Positions 1 through 8,872 of a DNA stretch of 64,000 nucleotides are shown here, in pieces. The stretch is from Candidatus Fervidifonticultor sextus (GTDB lineage: Bacteria > Sysuimicrobiota > Sysuimicrobiia > Sysuimicrobiales > Humicultoraceae). Location: assembly GCA_031459875.1 (NCBI GenBank), contig JAVKHQ010000001.1, positions 192,001-256,000 on the forward strand, read 5' to 3'. Each line of letters starts with the position of its first letter. Position 1 is the stretch's first letter. Made by a program: the position numbers and the translations under genes. The notes below the pieces were generated by a model. The model ran no database searches, had not been told where the DNA came from, and saw only the letters and a program-made list of their open reading frames with translations.

Positions 1-1185
1 CGAGCCCATGCTGTGGTGCATCGTCGGGCGGTTGAACGGGTTGAAGATCTCGGCCTCCTCGGCCGGCCGCTCGTCCAGCCGGCACCCTTCCTTGTCGAGG
101 GGCGAGATGGCGAAGACGGGGCAGTTGAGCTCCAGGCTCAGTTCGGCCAGGGCCGTCGAGATGCGGTCGGTGCGGGCCTTCCAGTCCTCGATGTGGTCCG
201 ACAGCGGGATCTTCTGGAGGTAGTCGAAGAAGATGACGACCTCCTGGGTCTGGAACTCCTGCATGAGGTTGTGGGCATGGGCGCGGATGCGGTCGAGGGT
301 CTCCCGCCGTCCGGCCTCGACCAGGTGCAGGTAGGGTCCGTACCGGGCCAGGCGTTCCCGCGCCGCCTCCAGCTTCTCGCCCACCGGCTCGCCGTTGGGC
401 GAGACGCCGGCCAGGATCGTCGTAGGGTTGACGCCGGTCTCCTTGGCGATCAGGCGGGCGGCCAGCACGCGGCGCGTCTGCTCCCACGTATAGTACAGCA
501 CCGGGATCTTGTGGTTGGTCGCCACGTGCACGGCCAGGTCGAGGGTGAGGTTGGTCTTGCCGCGGCGCGGCGCGCCGGCCAGCCCGTAGTAGAAGCCGCG
601 CCGCAGCCCCGAGAGCAGCGCGTTGAGCCGGTCGAAGGGGCTGATGGAGTACCCCAGGATCCCGCCGGCGCCCGGGGAAGCGCGCGGGGCCAGCAGGTGC
701 GGGAAGGCCTCGGCGATGGGCGCCACCTGGCGGCGGACGCGGCGCCGCTGGATCTCGAGCAACTGGTGGATGGCCTCGGTGGTGAACTGCACGATGTCGT
801 CCTGCTCCCGGTCGTGCCGGTAGAGGTAGCCGCCGATGGCCTCGTGGAGCCGCGCCAGCAACTCGCGGCTCTCCGCAACCTTGAGGTGCTCGATGAGCCC
901 CATCAGGTCGCCGGCGTTCGGCGGCGCGGTCTTCAGCACCGAGGCCAGATAGCGGTCGAGCTCCGGGCTCAGCATCCCGCGCTCGGTCAGGGCGGCGCGC
1001 AGGGTCGCTTCGTCGATGGCGCCGGCGGGCATCCCGTGGAGTTCGACGACGACCTTCGCCAGCCGCCGCGCCTGGGGCGAGGGCAGCAGGTCCACGTGGA
1101 AGCCTTCGGTGAGGGCCATCGTGACCAGGTGGCGGTCGCGGATGAGCCCGGCCAGCACCCTCGTCTCGACCTGGTGGAGTTCCAT
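1..1185 (-). CDS. DnaB-like helicase/ATPase (divergent), 3' end beyond window
   Basis: Own translation MELHQVETRVLAGLIRD...; Walker A GAPRRGKT, VLYYTWEQ, Walker B VIFFDYLQ, LELNCPVFAISPL, MHHSMGS; GGAGG RBS upstream; absent from ORF track because no stop lies in the window. Confidence 0.8.
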   Translation of the reverse strand, partial: MELHQVETRVLAGLIRDRHLVTMALTEGFHVDLLPSPQARRLAKVVVELHGMPAGAIDEATLRAALTERGMLSPELDRYLASVLKTAPPNAGDLMGLIEHLKVAESRELLARLHEAIGGYLYRHDREQDDIVQFTTEAIHQLLEIQRRRVRRQVAPIAEAFPHLLAPRASPGAGGILGYSISPFDRLNALLSGLRRGFYYGLAGAPRRGKTNLTLDLAVHVATNHKIPVLYYTWEQTRRVLAARLIAKETGVNPTTILAGVSPNGEPVGEKLEAARERLARYGPYLHLVEAGRRETLDRIRAHAHNLMQEFQTQEVVIFFDYLQKIPLSDHIEDWKARTDRISTALAELSLELNCPVFAISPLDKEGCRLDERPAEEAEIFNPFNRPTMHHSMGS

Positions 1186-1217
1186 AAGGCCTCCTCCGAA
1201 CCTGCGTTGAGGCTCGC

Positions 1218-1246
1218 TTGCCCCAGACCGGCTCGGGTGCTAGTCT
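1218..1246 (+). promoter_or_regulatory. sigma70-type promoter for riboswitch/pilB
   Basis: TTGCCC-17 nt-TAGTCT with TG extension. Confidence 0.45.
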
Positions 1247-1299
1247 GAAAGCACTCGTCGGTGGGCAAGTGAGAATATGCCCAGAAGATTGAGGGATTA

Positions 1300-1390
1300 G
1301 TCCCGAAGGGGCAAACCCGGAGCGATTCGGGGGCGCAAAGCCACGGGACCGGTCCGCCGTGGGCGGGCCGGTCGGCCGGGCTGCCGGAGA
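1300..1390 (+). ncRNA. c-di-GMP-I (GEMM) riboswitch aptamer #1
   Basis: GGGCAAACCC-GGA-GCGA-TTCGGGGGCGCAAAGCCACGGG...GCCGGGCTGCCG fits the GEMM consensus (GNRA loop, GCAAA motifs); G at the G20-equivalent position. Confidence 0.9.
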
Positions 1391-1400
1391 CGGTTCGGGT

Positions 1401-1432
1401 CTGCGGTCTCGACGGGACCGCAGTTATTTTTT
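1401..1432 (+). terminator. intrinsic terminator (expression platform of riboswitch #1)
   Basis: CTGCGGTCT/GGACCGCAG stem followed by TTATTTTTT. Confidence 0.8.
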
Positions 1433-1456
1433 GTGGCGGTCGCACGCGAGGGACGC

Positions 1457-3751
1457 ATGGACGAGAGCACGCTGCAGACGTTCAAGCGCGAAGCCGGCCT
1501 GGCCGGGGAGAGCCGCACGCTGGAGCGGGCCTTCGTGCACGCCCGGGCGCGGGCGCTGGCGCGGTCCGGGCAGTGGCTGCAGGCGCGCGACGCGTACCTG
1601 GCACTGGTCGACCTGGATCCCGACGAGCCCTGGGTCTACTGGGACCTGGCCGAGGTCTTCCAGATGCTGGAGGCCCGCGACGACGCCGCGGCCGCCTTCC
1701 TCACCGCCGCCGACAAACACCTGGGGCGCGGACAGACTGACCACGTGCTCCGCGCCTACCAGCAGGCCGCGGCGGTCTCCCCCAACGACCCTGCGGTGCA
1801 GGCGAAACTCGGCGATCCTGCGGCGCCGCCCACCGCGTCGCGACCCCGCCCGACCCCCGCACCATCCCCAGCCCCCGCCCCGCCACCTCACGACCCGCCT
1901 CCCTCGGCCCCGCCCGCACCGGCCCCTCCGGCCGCCCCGCCGTCCCCGAAGCCCGAGCGCTCCGGGCCTGCGCCGGCGGCATCTGTGCCCCCTGTCACAG
2001 CACCCCCTGGGGCCGAGCCGCCGGCTCCCGGGCGGGCGCCCCGCACGCGCCTGGGCGGAAAGACCGAGACCCTCGGACAGGTGCTCCTGCAGCTCGGCAT
2101 CATCACCCAGCAGCAGTTGGCCGAGGCCCTGGAGATCCAGTCCCGCACCGGGGAGCGCATCGGCCAGATCCTTCGCGACATGGGAGCCGTCTCTGACCAG
2201 GACCTGGCCCGCGGAATGGCGCACCAGTGGGGGTATCCCTACATGTCGCTGGCCGAGGCGAAGATCAACCCCGAGGTCGCCAAACTCGTCCCCCACGCCC
2301 TGGCGGTGCGGCACAAGTGCATTGCCCTGGACCGGCGCAACGGTCGCCTGGTCGTGGCCATCGCCGACCCCCTCAACGTGATCGCCGTGGACGATGTGCG
2401 GCTGATCACCGGGGCGGAGGTCGATCTGGTGGTCGCCACCGAGGAGGACATCACCAACGCCCTGGCCCGGGTCTACCAGCTCGCCGACAACCTCATCGAC
2501 CGGGCCATCCGGGAGTCGGTCACCGACTACGCCGTCGAGTTCACCGACGAGGACGCCTCGGTGGAGCAACTGCGCGCGCTGACCGAGGAGGCCCCGGTCG
2601 TCAAGCTGGTCAACCTCATCATCGACGAGGCGATCAAGCAGAACGCCAGCGACATCCACGTGGAGCCGCACCGCAACGGGATGTGGATCCGCTATCGGGT
2701 GGACGGCGTGCTCCGCGACGTCATGAACCCGCCCAAGCACCTCAAGGCGGCGCTGGTGTCCCGCATGAAGATCATGGCCGAAATGGACATCGCCGAGCGC
2801 CGGCGGCCGCAGGACGGCCGGGTCCACCTCACCGCGGACGGACGCACCATCGACCTGCGCGTCTCCACGCTGCCGACCATGTTCGGCGAAAAGGTGGTCC
2901 TGCGCATCCTGGACCAGTCCTCGGCCCTGCTGGGGCTGAGCCGGCTGGGCTTCCCCAGCGGGGTGCTGCAGCAGTGGGAGGCCGCCACCAGCACGCCCCA
3001 CGGGATGGTGCTGGTCACCGGCCCGACCGGCAGCGGGAAGACGACCACCCTCTACGCGACCCTCTCCAAGCTCAACACGCTGGACCGCAACATCGTGACG
3101 GTCGAGGATCCGGTCGAATACCAGATCCCCCGCATCAACCAGGTGCAGGTGAACGTGAAGGCGGGCCTGACCTTCGCCAGCGGGCTGCGCAGCATCCTGC
3201 GGCAGGATCCCGACATCGTCATGGTGGGGGAGATTCGCGACCGCGAGACCGCCGAGATCGCCGTCCAGGCCGCGCTGACCGGCCACCTGGTCCTCTCGAC
3301 CCTGCACACCAACGACGCGGCGGGCGCCGTCACGCGGATGGTGGACATGGGCGTGGAGCCCTTTCTCATCAGCTCGTCGTTGATCGCGGTGCTGGCCCAG
3401 CGGCTCGCCCGCGCCATCTGCCCCCGCTGCAAGGTGGCCTACACGCCGCCGGCGGACGCGCTGCGCCGCCTGGGCGCCGACGCCGTGGACGGGAATGTGG
3501 TCTTCTACCGCGGGCAGGGCTGCGACCACTGCCGGGGCACCGGCTACCGCGGCCGGATCGGCATCTTCGAGTTGCTGATGATCACCGACTCGATCCGGAA
3601 ACTGATCGTCGAGCGGGCCTCGTCCACCGAGATCAAGGCGCAGGCGATCCGGGAGGGCATGCGGACGCTCCGGGAGGACGCCTTCGAGAAGGTCCTCTCC
3701 GGGGTTTCGACGATCGACGAGATCCTGCGGGTCGTCTACGTGCAGGAGTAG
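1457..3751 (+). CDS. pilB: Type IV pilus assembly ATPase PilB/GspE family with N-terminal TPR, Pro-rich linker and MshEN-like domain
   Basis: GPTGSGKTTTLY, TVEDPVEY, LRQDPDIVMVGEIRD, STLHTND, CxxC...CxxC zinc site; tandem LGQVLLQLGIITQQQLAEALEIQ / RIGQILRDMGAVSDQDLARGMAHQ. Confidence 0.92.
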   Translation: MDESTLQTFKREAGLAGESRTLERAFVHARARALARSGQWLQARDAYLALVDLDPDEPWVYWDLAEVFQMLEARDDAAAAFLTAADKHLGRGQTDHVLRAYQQAAAVSPNDPAVQAKLGDPAAPPTASRPRPTPAPSPAPAPPPHDPPPSAPPAPAPPAAPPSPKPERSGPAPAASVPPVTAPPGAEPPAPGRAPRTRLGGKTETLGQVLLQLGIITQQQLAEALEIQSRTGERIGQILRDMGAVSDQDLARGMAHQWGYPYMSLAEAKINPEVAKLVPHALAVRHKCIALDRRNGRLVVAIADPLNVIAVDDVRLITGAEVDLVVATEEDITNALARVYQLADNLIDRAIRESVTDYAVEFTDEDASVEQLRALTEEAPVVKLVNLIIDEAIKQNASDIHVEPHRNGMWIRYRVDGVLRDVMNPPKHLKAALVSRMKIMAEMDIAERRRPQDGRVHLTADGRTIDLRVSTLPTMFGEKVVLRILDQSSALLGLSRLGFPSGVLQQWEAATSTPHGMVLVTGPTGSGKTTTLYATLSKLNTLDRNIVTVEDPVEYQIPRINQVQVNVKAGLTFASGLRSILRQDPDIVMVGEIRDRETAEIAVQAALTGHLVLSTLHTNDAAGAVTRMVDMGVEPFLISSSLIAVLAQRLARAICPRCKVAYTPPADALRRLGADAVDGNVVFYRGQGCDHCRGTGYRGRIGIFELLMITDSIRKLIVERASSTEIKAQAIREGMRTLREDAFEKVLSGVSTIDEILRVVYVQE

Positions 3752-3758
3752 CCCGTCG

Positions 3759-4190
3759 CTACGGCTCCTGGTACGTGATCCCGCCGAACGACGACACGGT
3801 GACCGTCGCCGCTCCCGCCGCGTTCTGGACGGTCACCGCATAGGCCGACGATGGCTGCCCGAAGGCGGAGAAACGGACGGTAAGGGTCCCCGCCGCCGTC
3901 ACGCCCGGGGGGAGGTCGGCGCGCTCCACGAAGCCGCCGCCGCTGCGCGCGATGGTGTACGCACCTGAGGCGGCCGTGAAGGCCACAGTGTACGCGGCCC
4001 GCTCGGCTTTGGCCCGCTCCTGGGCGTGCCGCAGGTTCGCCGCCACCTGCGCCGCGCCGTAGCGCAGACGCTGCCGGGCCACGTGCCCCTGCCACCTGTT
4101 GGTGCCCAGCACGAGCAGGAGCGCCAGAAGCGCCGTGGCGATCACGACCTCCAGCAGGCCGAATCCCGTAACGGAGCGCTGCCGCGTCAC
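3759..4190 (-). CDS. Minor pilin / pseudopilin (FimT/GspH-like)
   Basis: Class III signal G|FGLLEVVIATALLALL. Confidence 0.8.
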   Translation of the reverse strand: MTRQRSVTGFGLLEVVIATALLALLLVLGTNRWQGHVARQRLRYGAAQVAANLRHAQERAKAERAAYTVAFTAASGAYTIARSGGGFVERADLPPGVTAAGTLTVRFSAFGQPSSAYAVTVQNAAGAATVTVSSFGGITYQEP

Positions 4191-6229
4191 GGTGCGGCCT
4201 CGCGCCAGACCGGACGTACCCCGGCCAGCCCCTGCGTCTGAACTACCTCGAACAACGGCGTGGTCGGGAAGTACGGCGGGGTGAACCCCCGGCTCATCCG
4301 GCGGTCGTACCTGAAGTCGCGACCGTAGCCGGTCAGCGGGTTGCCGGTATTGGGGTCGAACGTGCCGAATGCGCCATAGTACTCCTCGATGATTCCACCG
4401 ATCAAGTGCACGGTCCCGCGCGGGGCGCCGGTGTTGTAGTTCTGCACGTTGACCGAACTGTTGTTGCCGTCGCCCAGATTCCCCGCCATCAGCACGGCGT
4501 GAAGTTCCAGGTCGTTGGGCGCCGAGGCGCTGATCCGGATGTCGTTGCCCGCCGAGTACAGGCCCAACACGTTGAGCGGGTTGTCGTTGGGGTTCGTGAC
4601 TTCCGGTGGGTCTTCGTAGCGCAGGTGGCCCGTAATGTCGATCCGGCCGGAGGCGACGATGGTGGTCTGCTCCTTCTCCTCGAGCGTCCCCGACAGCGAG
4701 AGGATCGTCCCCTGCACGTAGATGATGGTGGCGTTGGCATTGCCGGGGCCCTGCCAGCCCTTCGGCACGCCAGCAAAGGTCCGGGTCTGCGGAGACGGCC
4801 AGGCTGTGTTCGTGACCGTCGTCGTCTGCCCGACCCGATCGACGGTGATGGTGACCGTCTGTGACCCCTGGACCAGGGTATAGACCGCCAGGTTGTTGCT
4901 TGGCCCGCCGAGGCTGAAGGTCAGGCTGTTGAGATTCCCCTCCACGTAGATGCCGCCGGCTAGCGACTCGCCGGCATCCGAGACGCCGTTGCCGTTGCCG
5001 TCGGCGACCGGTACATAGATGCCGTTGGGCACGCTGCTGGTGTTGTCCGGCAGTTCGGGCACGGCCTGGCGGATCTGCAAATTGGTCACCGGCGTGGTGT
5101 CCGCCGGATTGCGTCCGACGGCCACCCCCTGTTGATTGTAAGGGTTGGTCGGCATGGGAATTGCGGCCACGCCCCGTGTGAAGTTGGCCGCCGGATTGTC
5201 GTTGTCGTCGAGCAGGTTCGCTGGGGTGCAGTCGGGCAGCACGGGCGCGTCGCGTCGCACGCTGGCCACAACATTCTCGTTGGCCTGCAGCCGCACCGGG
5301 TTTCCGTTGTTGTTAAACCATGCGTAGGTGCTCACGCTGGTCAGACGGGTGGGCAGGTTGCCTGCCGGATCGCACGGCGTGCCGGCATCAGGGGTGCCGA
5401 ATTTGGGATAGAAGGCGAAGCGGAACTCGCCGTTGGTGTGGACGGGGCCGTCGAAGCTGGTGCGGCTGGTAAACCAGATCGCGCCCCCGGCCGGGGTCAT
5501 GTGGACGTGGGTAAACAGGGCGTACTGCGCGAAGCTCTGCCGGCGAACCTGGACGCTGAAGTCGTGGGAGAGCGTCACGCGGCGCCGGCCCTGCGGGGGC
5601 GTCCGGCCGTCGCTTGTGATCGCATAGGTGTAGTAGAACTCGTAGTGGTCGGGACCGAGTTGCTGGATGTACCGCTGCGGCTGCATCGGATCCGCCGGGT
5701 GGGGGGCCAGGCGCCTCGTGACCGTGACAGTGGCGGCGTAGCTCCCCTGGCCCAGGACATTCGATGGCGGCACGCCCGTGGCCACCTGCAGCTTGCGATG
5801 GGGGGTCGGCAGGCTCCAGTTGACCTCGAAGGTCACCGAGTTCGTTGCCGGCGTGGCGCCCAGGATGAACCGTTGCCCGTCGAGCACCAGGTAGTCGAAC
5901 AGGCCGAAGGAGTTCTGGGCGCTGATATTGCCTCCGGCATACCAAGTCGCCAGCGTCGTGCCGCTGAGGGAAGGATCCACGGTGGCGCGGCCAACGGGAT
6001 CAGCATTCATCAGAACCATCAGCGCCGAGCGGGCGGCATAGGCCCCGCCTTCTGCCGTGTTCAGGCTCTGAGCCCCCGCCAGCCTGGCGGTGCTCAGGGC
6101 GATCTCCTTGCCGCTGAGGTACAGGATGAGGGCGCCGACGATGGAAAGGACGAAGATCGTGGTGAGCACCGACAGCATGGCCAGACCACGCTGGCTTTGG
6201 ATCTGCCTGACCATTGCCTCCCTCCTCAT
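4187..6229 (-). CDS. Large PilX-like minor pilin/adhesin (DUF4900-like)
   Basis: RG|LAMLSVLTTIFVL prepilin-like N-terminus lacking E5; FDGPVHTNG and GYGRDFRYDRR...PPYFP motifs; Asn/Gly-rich. Confidence 0.7.
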   Translation of the reverse strand: MRREAMVRQIQSQRGLAMLSVLTTIFVLSIVGALILYLSGKEIALSTARLAGAQSLNTAEGGAYAARSALMVLMNADPVGRATVDPSLSGTTLATWYAGGNISAQNSFGLFDYLVLDGQRFILGATPATNSVTFEVNWSLPTPHRKLQVATGVPPSNVLGQGSYAATVTVTRRLAPHPADPMQPQRYIQQLGPDHYEFYYTYAITSDGRTPPQGRRRVTLSHDFSVQVRRQSFAQYALFTHVHMTPAGGAIWFTSRTSFDGPVHTNGEFRFAFYPKFGTPDAGTPCDPAGNLPTRLTSVSTYAWFNNNGNPVRLQANENVVASVRRDAPVLPDCTPANLLDDNDNPAANFTRGVAAIPMPTNPYNQQGVAVGRNPADTTPVTNLQIRQAVPELPDNTSSVPNGIYVPVADGNGNGVSDAGESLAGGIYVEGNLNSLTFSLGGPSNNLAVYTLVQGSQTVTITVDRVGQTTTVTNTAWPSPQTRTFAGVPKGWQGPGNANATIIYVQGTILSLSGTLEEKEQTTIVASGRIDITGHLRYEDPPEVTNPNDNPLNVLGLYSAGNDIRISASAPNDLELHAVLMAGNLGDGNNSSVNVQNYNTGAPRGTVHLIGGIIEEYYGAFGTFDPNTGNPLTGYGRDFRYDRRMSRGFTPPYFPTTPLFEVVQTQGLAGVRPVWREAAP

Positions 6230-6236
6230 CCCCTGG

Positions 6237-6836
6237 CTAGCGGCCGCGGAGTGCTACATCGCCGGCGAAGACGCGGCTGACCCCTCCTGCGGTCGTCGTC
6301 ACCGTGATCCGGATCCGCACGATACTCGCCAGATCCACGGGCGTAGATCCCAGTGAGCTGCCGGCCGCGTCGAAGTACTCCAAAGCCAGACCATCTCCCC
6401 CATCGGGCCTGACGACCAGAGAGGCCAGCGGCGCCGGCGGGCCCGCCGGCAGCGGCCCGCCTGCATCGGGATCCTCCTGCCGGGTGATGGTATCGGTGGC
6501 GGCATCGTAGGCGAAGGTCACGGTGTAGGGGCTGGCGGCGGAGAAGGGTGTGGCCTGCGGAACGAACAGCGTGACCTGCGTCGCGCCGGCGGCCGTGACC
6601 ATCTGGGCCCACCGGATTTCGTCGACGAGCGCGTCCAGGGCGGCGCGGACCTGGGACTGCGTCTGCACGAACTCGTTGGTCACCCTTGCCGACCGGGCAC
6701 CCGTCGCCACAAAGGCGTAGATGCTCCCCAGCGCCAGGGCGAGGAGGCTCATGGCAATGACGAGTTCCAGCAGCGAGACCCCCCGCGTCTCGCAAAGGCG
6801 GGTCGAGAAGGAGGAGATGCTGCGCCTACTGATCAT
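6237..6836 (-). CDS. Minor pilin (PilW-like)
   Basis: RG|VSLLELVIAMSLLAL. Confidence 0.8.
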   Translation of the reverse strand: MISRRSISSFSTRLCETRGVSLLELVIAMSLLALALGSIYAFVATGARSARVTNEFVQTQSQVRAALDALVDEIRWAQMVTAAGATQVTLFVPQATPFSAASPYTVTFAYDAATDTITRQEDPDAGGPLPAGPPAPLASLVVRPDGGDGLALEYFDAAGSSLGSTPVDLASIVRIRITVTTTAGGVSRVFAGDVALRGR

Positions 6837-7278
6837 CGAGCACCGTCGTCAGACTGACCAGGGGGTCTGTGTCGGGATCGGCCGGACGGTAGACGCGGAC
6901 TGTGGCCGTGGTGATGGTCAAGTTGTCGTCTTGCACGAAGTCCACCGCCACCTGAAACGTGTGCGGAGAGGGGTTCGCGACGCCGCTGTAGGGAAAGGGA
7001 AGCGGCAGGGCGGTGCGGGGCATCGGCCCCGAGTTCACCCACGTGTATGGGTTGGCGCTGGCCCGGATCTGCTCCATGATCTGCAGGGCGATGGTCGTGG
7101 CGGCCGCCCGTTCATTGGCACGGCCGGCGTGCGCCATCCCGACAATGAACGCCTGGAGGATTAACAGGGAGACTGCAGCGAAAAGCGACAGGGCGACGAG
7201 GAGTTCAAGATAGGTGAATCCGGTCCGGTCGCGGGACCCGGGGGACCGCGACCGTCCCGGCTCTTGTGCCGAAGCCAT
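6826..7278 (-). CDS. Minor pilin (PilV-like)
   Basis: TG|FTYLELLVALSLF. Confidence 0.8.
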   Translation of the reverse strand: MASAQEPGRSRSPGSRDRTGFTYLELLVALSLFAAVSLLILQAFIVGMAHAGRANERAAATTIALQIMEQIRASANPYTWVNSGPMPRTALPLPFPYSGVANPSPHTFQVAVDFVQDDNLTITTATVRVYRPADPDTDPLVSLTTVLDDQ

Positions 7279-7383
7279 CCGTTTGAGCCCCCCCCGGGGT
7301 TCACTCCCATCCGGCGTGAGAGGCCCCTGCTCCCATCAGTTGTGAAGACCGCGACACCGGGTCGGCGCGAGCGCCCCGATAGG

Positions 7384-7740
7384 CTACACCAACGCCGCAG
7401 CCAGCTGGCTGTTGCGCCGCATCTCGAGCCGGATGCGCCCCAGGTTGGCCTGCCGCGTCCCGACCACCACCAGCACCGCGTCCGGTCCGGCCGGCCCGAT
7501 GGCCACCGGCCCCTCGTCGAACTCCAAAAGCAGATTCCGCAACATGCCCCGTCCCATCTCCCGGCCCATGGAGTCGGAGGCGGCGATGTTGCTGGCGACG
7601 ATGGCACCGACGGCCTCCAGGTCCACCCCCTCCTCCGATGTGATGCCTTCGACCACGAAGCCGTCCCGGCCCACCACCAGCGCGGCCAGCACGCCGTCGA
7701 TCTTCGAGAGGTCCAACAGCACGTCTTTGAGCTGCGACAT
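7384..7740 (-). CDS. Roadblock/LC7 domain protein (MglB-like)
   Basis: GVLAALVVGRDGFVV...LLLEFDEG...ANLGRIRLEM. Confidence 0.85.
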   Translation of the reverse strand: MSQLKDVLLDLSKIDGVLAALVVGRDGFVVEGITSEEGVDLEAVGAIVASNIAASDSMGREMGRGMLRNLLLEFDEGPVAIGPAGPDAVLVVVGTRQANLGRIRLEMRRNSQLAAALV

Positions 7741-7782
7741 CTTCGCTCCCTCCATCGGTCGGTTGTCCGGCTCCCGCCTGCG

Positions 7783-8598
7783 CTACGGCCTCCCGGGAGA
7801 TGGGACGCCCATCAGCCCCCGGAGTTTGGCCAGGGCCGAGGCGAGCACGCGTGACACATGCTTCTGGGAGATCCCGATGCGCCTGGCGGCTTCCATCTGG
7901 GTCATGTCCGTGTAGAACAGGTAGTAGAGCACCTTCTTCTGCAGGCTGTTGAGGGATTCCATGGCCTCTGTGAGCATGACGCGGTCTTCGATGGGCAGCT
8001 GGAAGCTGATGTGCGACCGGTGCCGGATCCGCTCCCGGTCCACCCGCAGGTCGCCGTTGTCATCCTCGGTCTCCAGCGAGATGGTGCGCAGCACCTCGCG
8101 CGTCCGGAGGATCTCCAGGAGCCCCTCTTCTTCGATGTTGAGTTCCTGGGAGAGATCCTCGAGCCCCGGGAACCGGCCGGTCTCACTCACGTACTTGCCC
8201 ACCGCCTGCTCGATCTGCGCATTGAGTTTCTGGAGCCAGCGCGGCCTGCGGATCGTGTCGCGCTGATCGCGCAGGTAGTGGCGGATCTCGCCGCGGATGA
8301 GGTAGCTGGCATAGGTGGCGAACTTCGCCCCTTTCGTCGGGTCGAAAGCCGAGATGGCGTTGAGCAGTCCGATGTAGCCCACCTGCACGAGGTCATCGGA
8401 GGGGACGCCGGAGAAGATGAACTCGGCGGCAATGCGCCGGACCAGTGGTGTGCACGCCAGGACGACCCGCTCCCGCGTGGCGGGAGCATGCGTTTCCACG
8501 TACTCGGCCATCAGGGCATCGACGTCGTCATACGCGGGGGTGTCAGGCTGGGTTGGACTCTGCCGTTCCACACGGCGCTGCACAGTGCGGGCACCCAT
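7783..8598 (-). CDS. Alternative sigma-70 factor, SigB/SigF/SigG-like
   Basis: DDLVQVGYIGLLNAISAFDP...FATYA..IRGEIRHYLRD; region 4 TQMEAARRIGISQKHVSR. Confidence 0.9.
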   Translation of the reverse strand: MGARTVQRRVERQSPTQPDTPAYDDVDALMAEYVETHAPATRERVVLACTPLVRRIAAEFIFSGVPSDDLVQVGYIGLLNAISAFDPTKGAKFATYASYLIRGEIRHYLRDQRDTIRRPRWLQKLNAQIEQAVGKYVSETGRFPGLEDLSQELNIEEEGLLEILRTREVLRTISLETEDDNGDLRVDRERIRHRSHISFQLPIEDRVMLTEAMESLNSLQKKVLYYLFYTDMTQMEAARRIGISQKHVSRVLASALAKLRGLMGVPSPGRP

Positions 8599-8618
8599 GG
8601 CGCGCCTCCCCTACCACG

Positions 8619-8648
8619 AAAAAACCTCCTGGGGCTGCCCCAAGAGGT
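8619..8648 (-). terminator. intrinsic terminator (expression platform of riboswitch #2)
   Basis: ACCTCTTGGGG/CCCCAGGAGGT stem followed by a U-run. Confidence 0.8.
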
Positions 8649-8660
8649 GACGTGTGCTCC

Positions 8661-8735
8661 TTTCGGCAGCCCGGCCGACCACGAACTCGGTCCCGAGGCT
8701 TTGCGCCCCCACCTTACGATGGGTTTGCCTTTTTC
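8661..8735 (-). ncRNA. c-di-GMP-I (GEMM) riboswitch aptamer #2
   Basis: Minus strand AAAGGCAAACCCATC-GTAA-GGTGGGGGCGCAAAGCCTCGGGACC...GGTCGGCCGGGCTGCCGAAAG. Confidence 0.92.
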
Positions 8736-8780
8736 GAGGAACCGTATGCAGTTGTTCTGCCCGACGATCCAGGCCCGTTT

Positions 8781-8809
8781 ATTTTAGACCGCCGAGAACA
8801 TTCCTGCAA
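8781..8809 (-). promoter_or_regulatory. sigma70-type promoter for riboswitch #2 / sigma factor
   Basis: TTGCAG-17 nt-TAAAAT. Confidence 0.5.
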
Positions 8810-8872
8810 GGTCTGCGTCAGATCACGTACCCAAGGGGCCGGCCATTTAGACCTGCCCGGGCCGGTCCGGGA

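Noticed and set aside
1820..2045. C-rich low-complexity repeats
   Set aside because: They encode the Pro/Ala linker of PilB; not a CRISPR array or DNA repeat element
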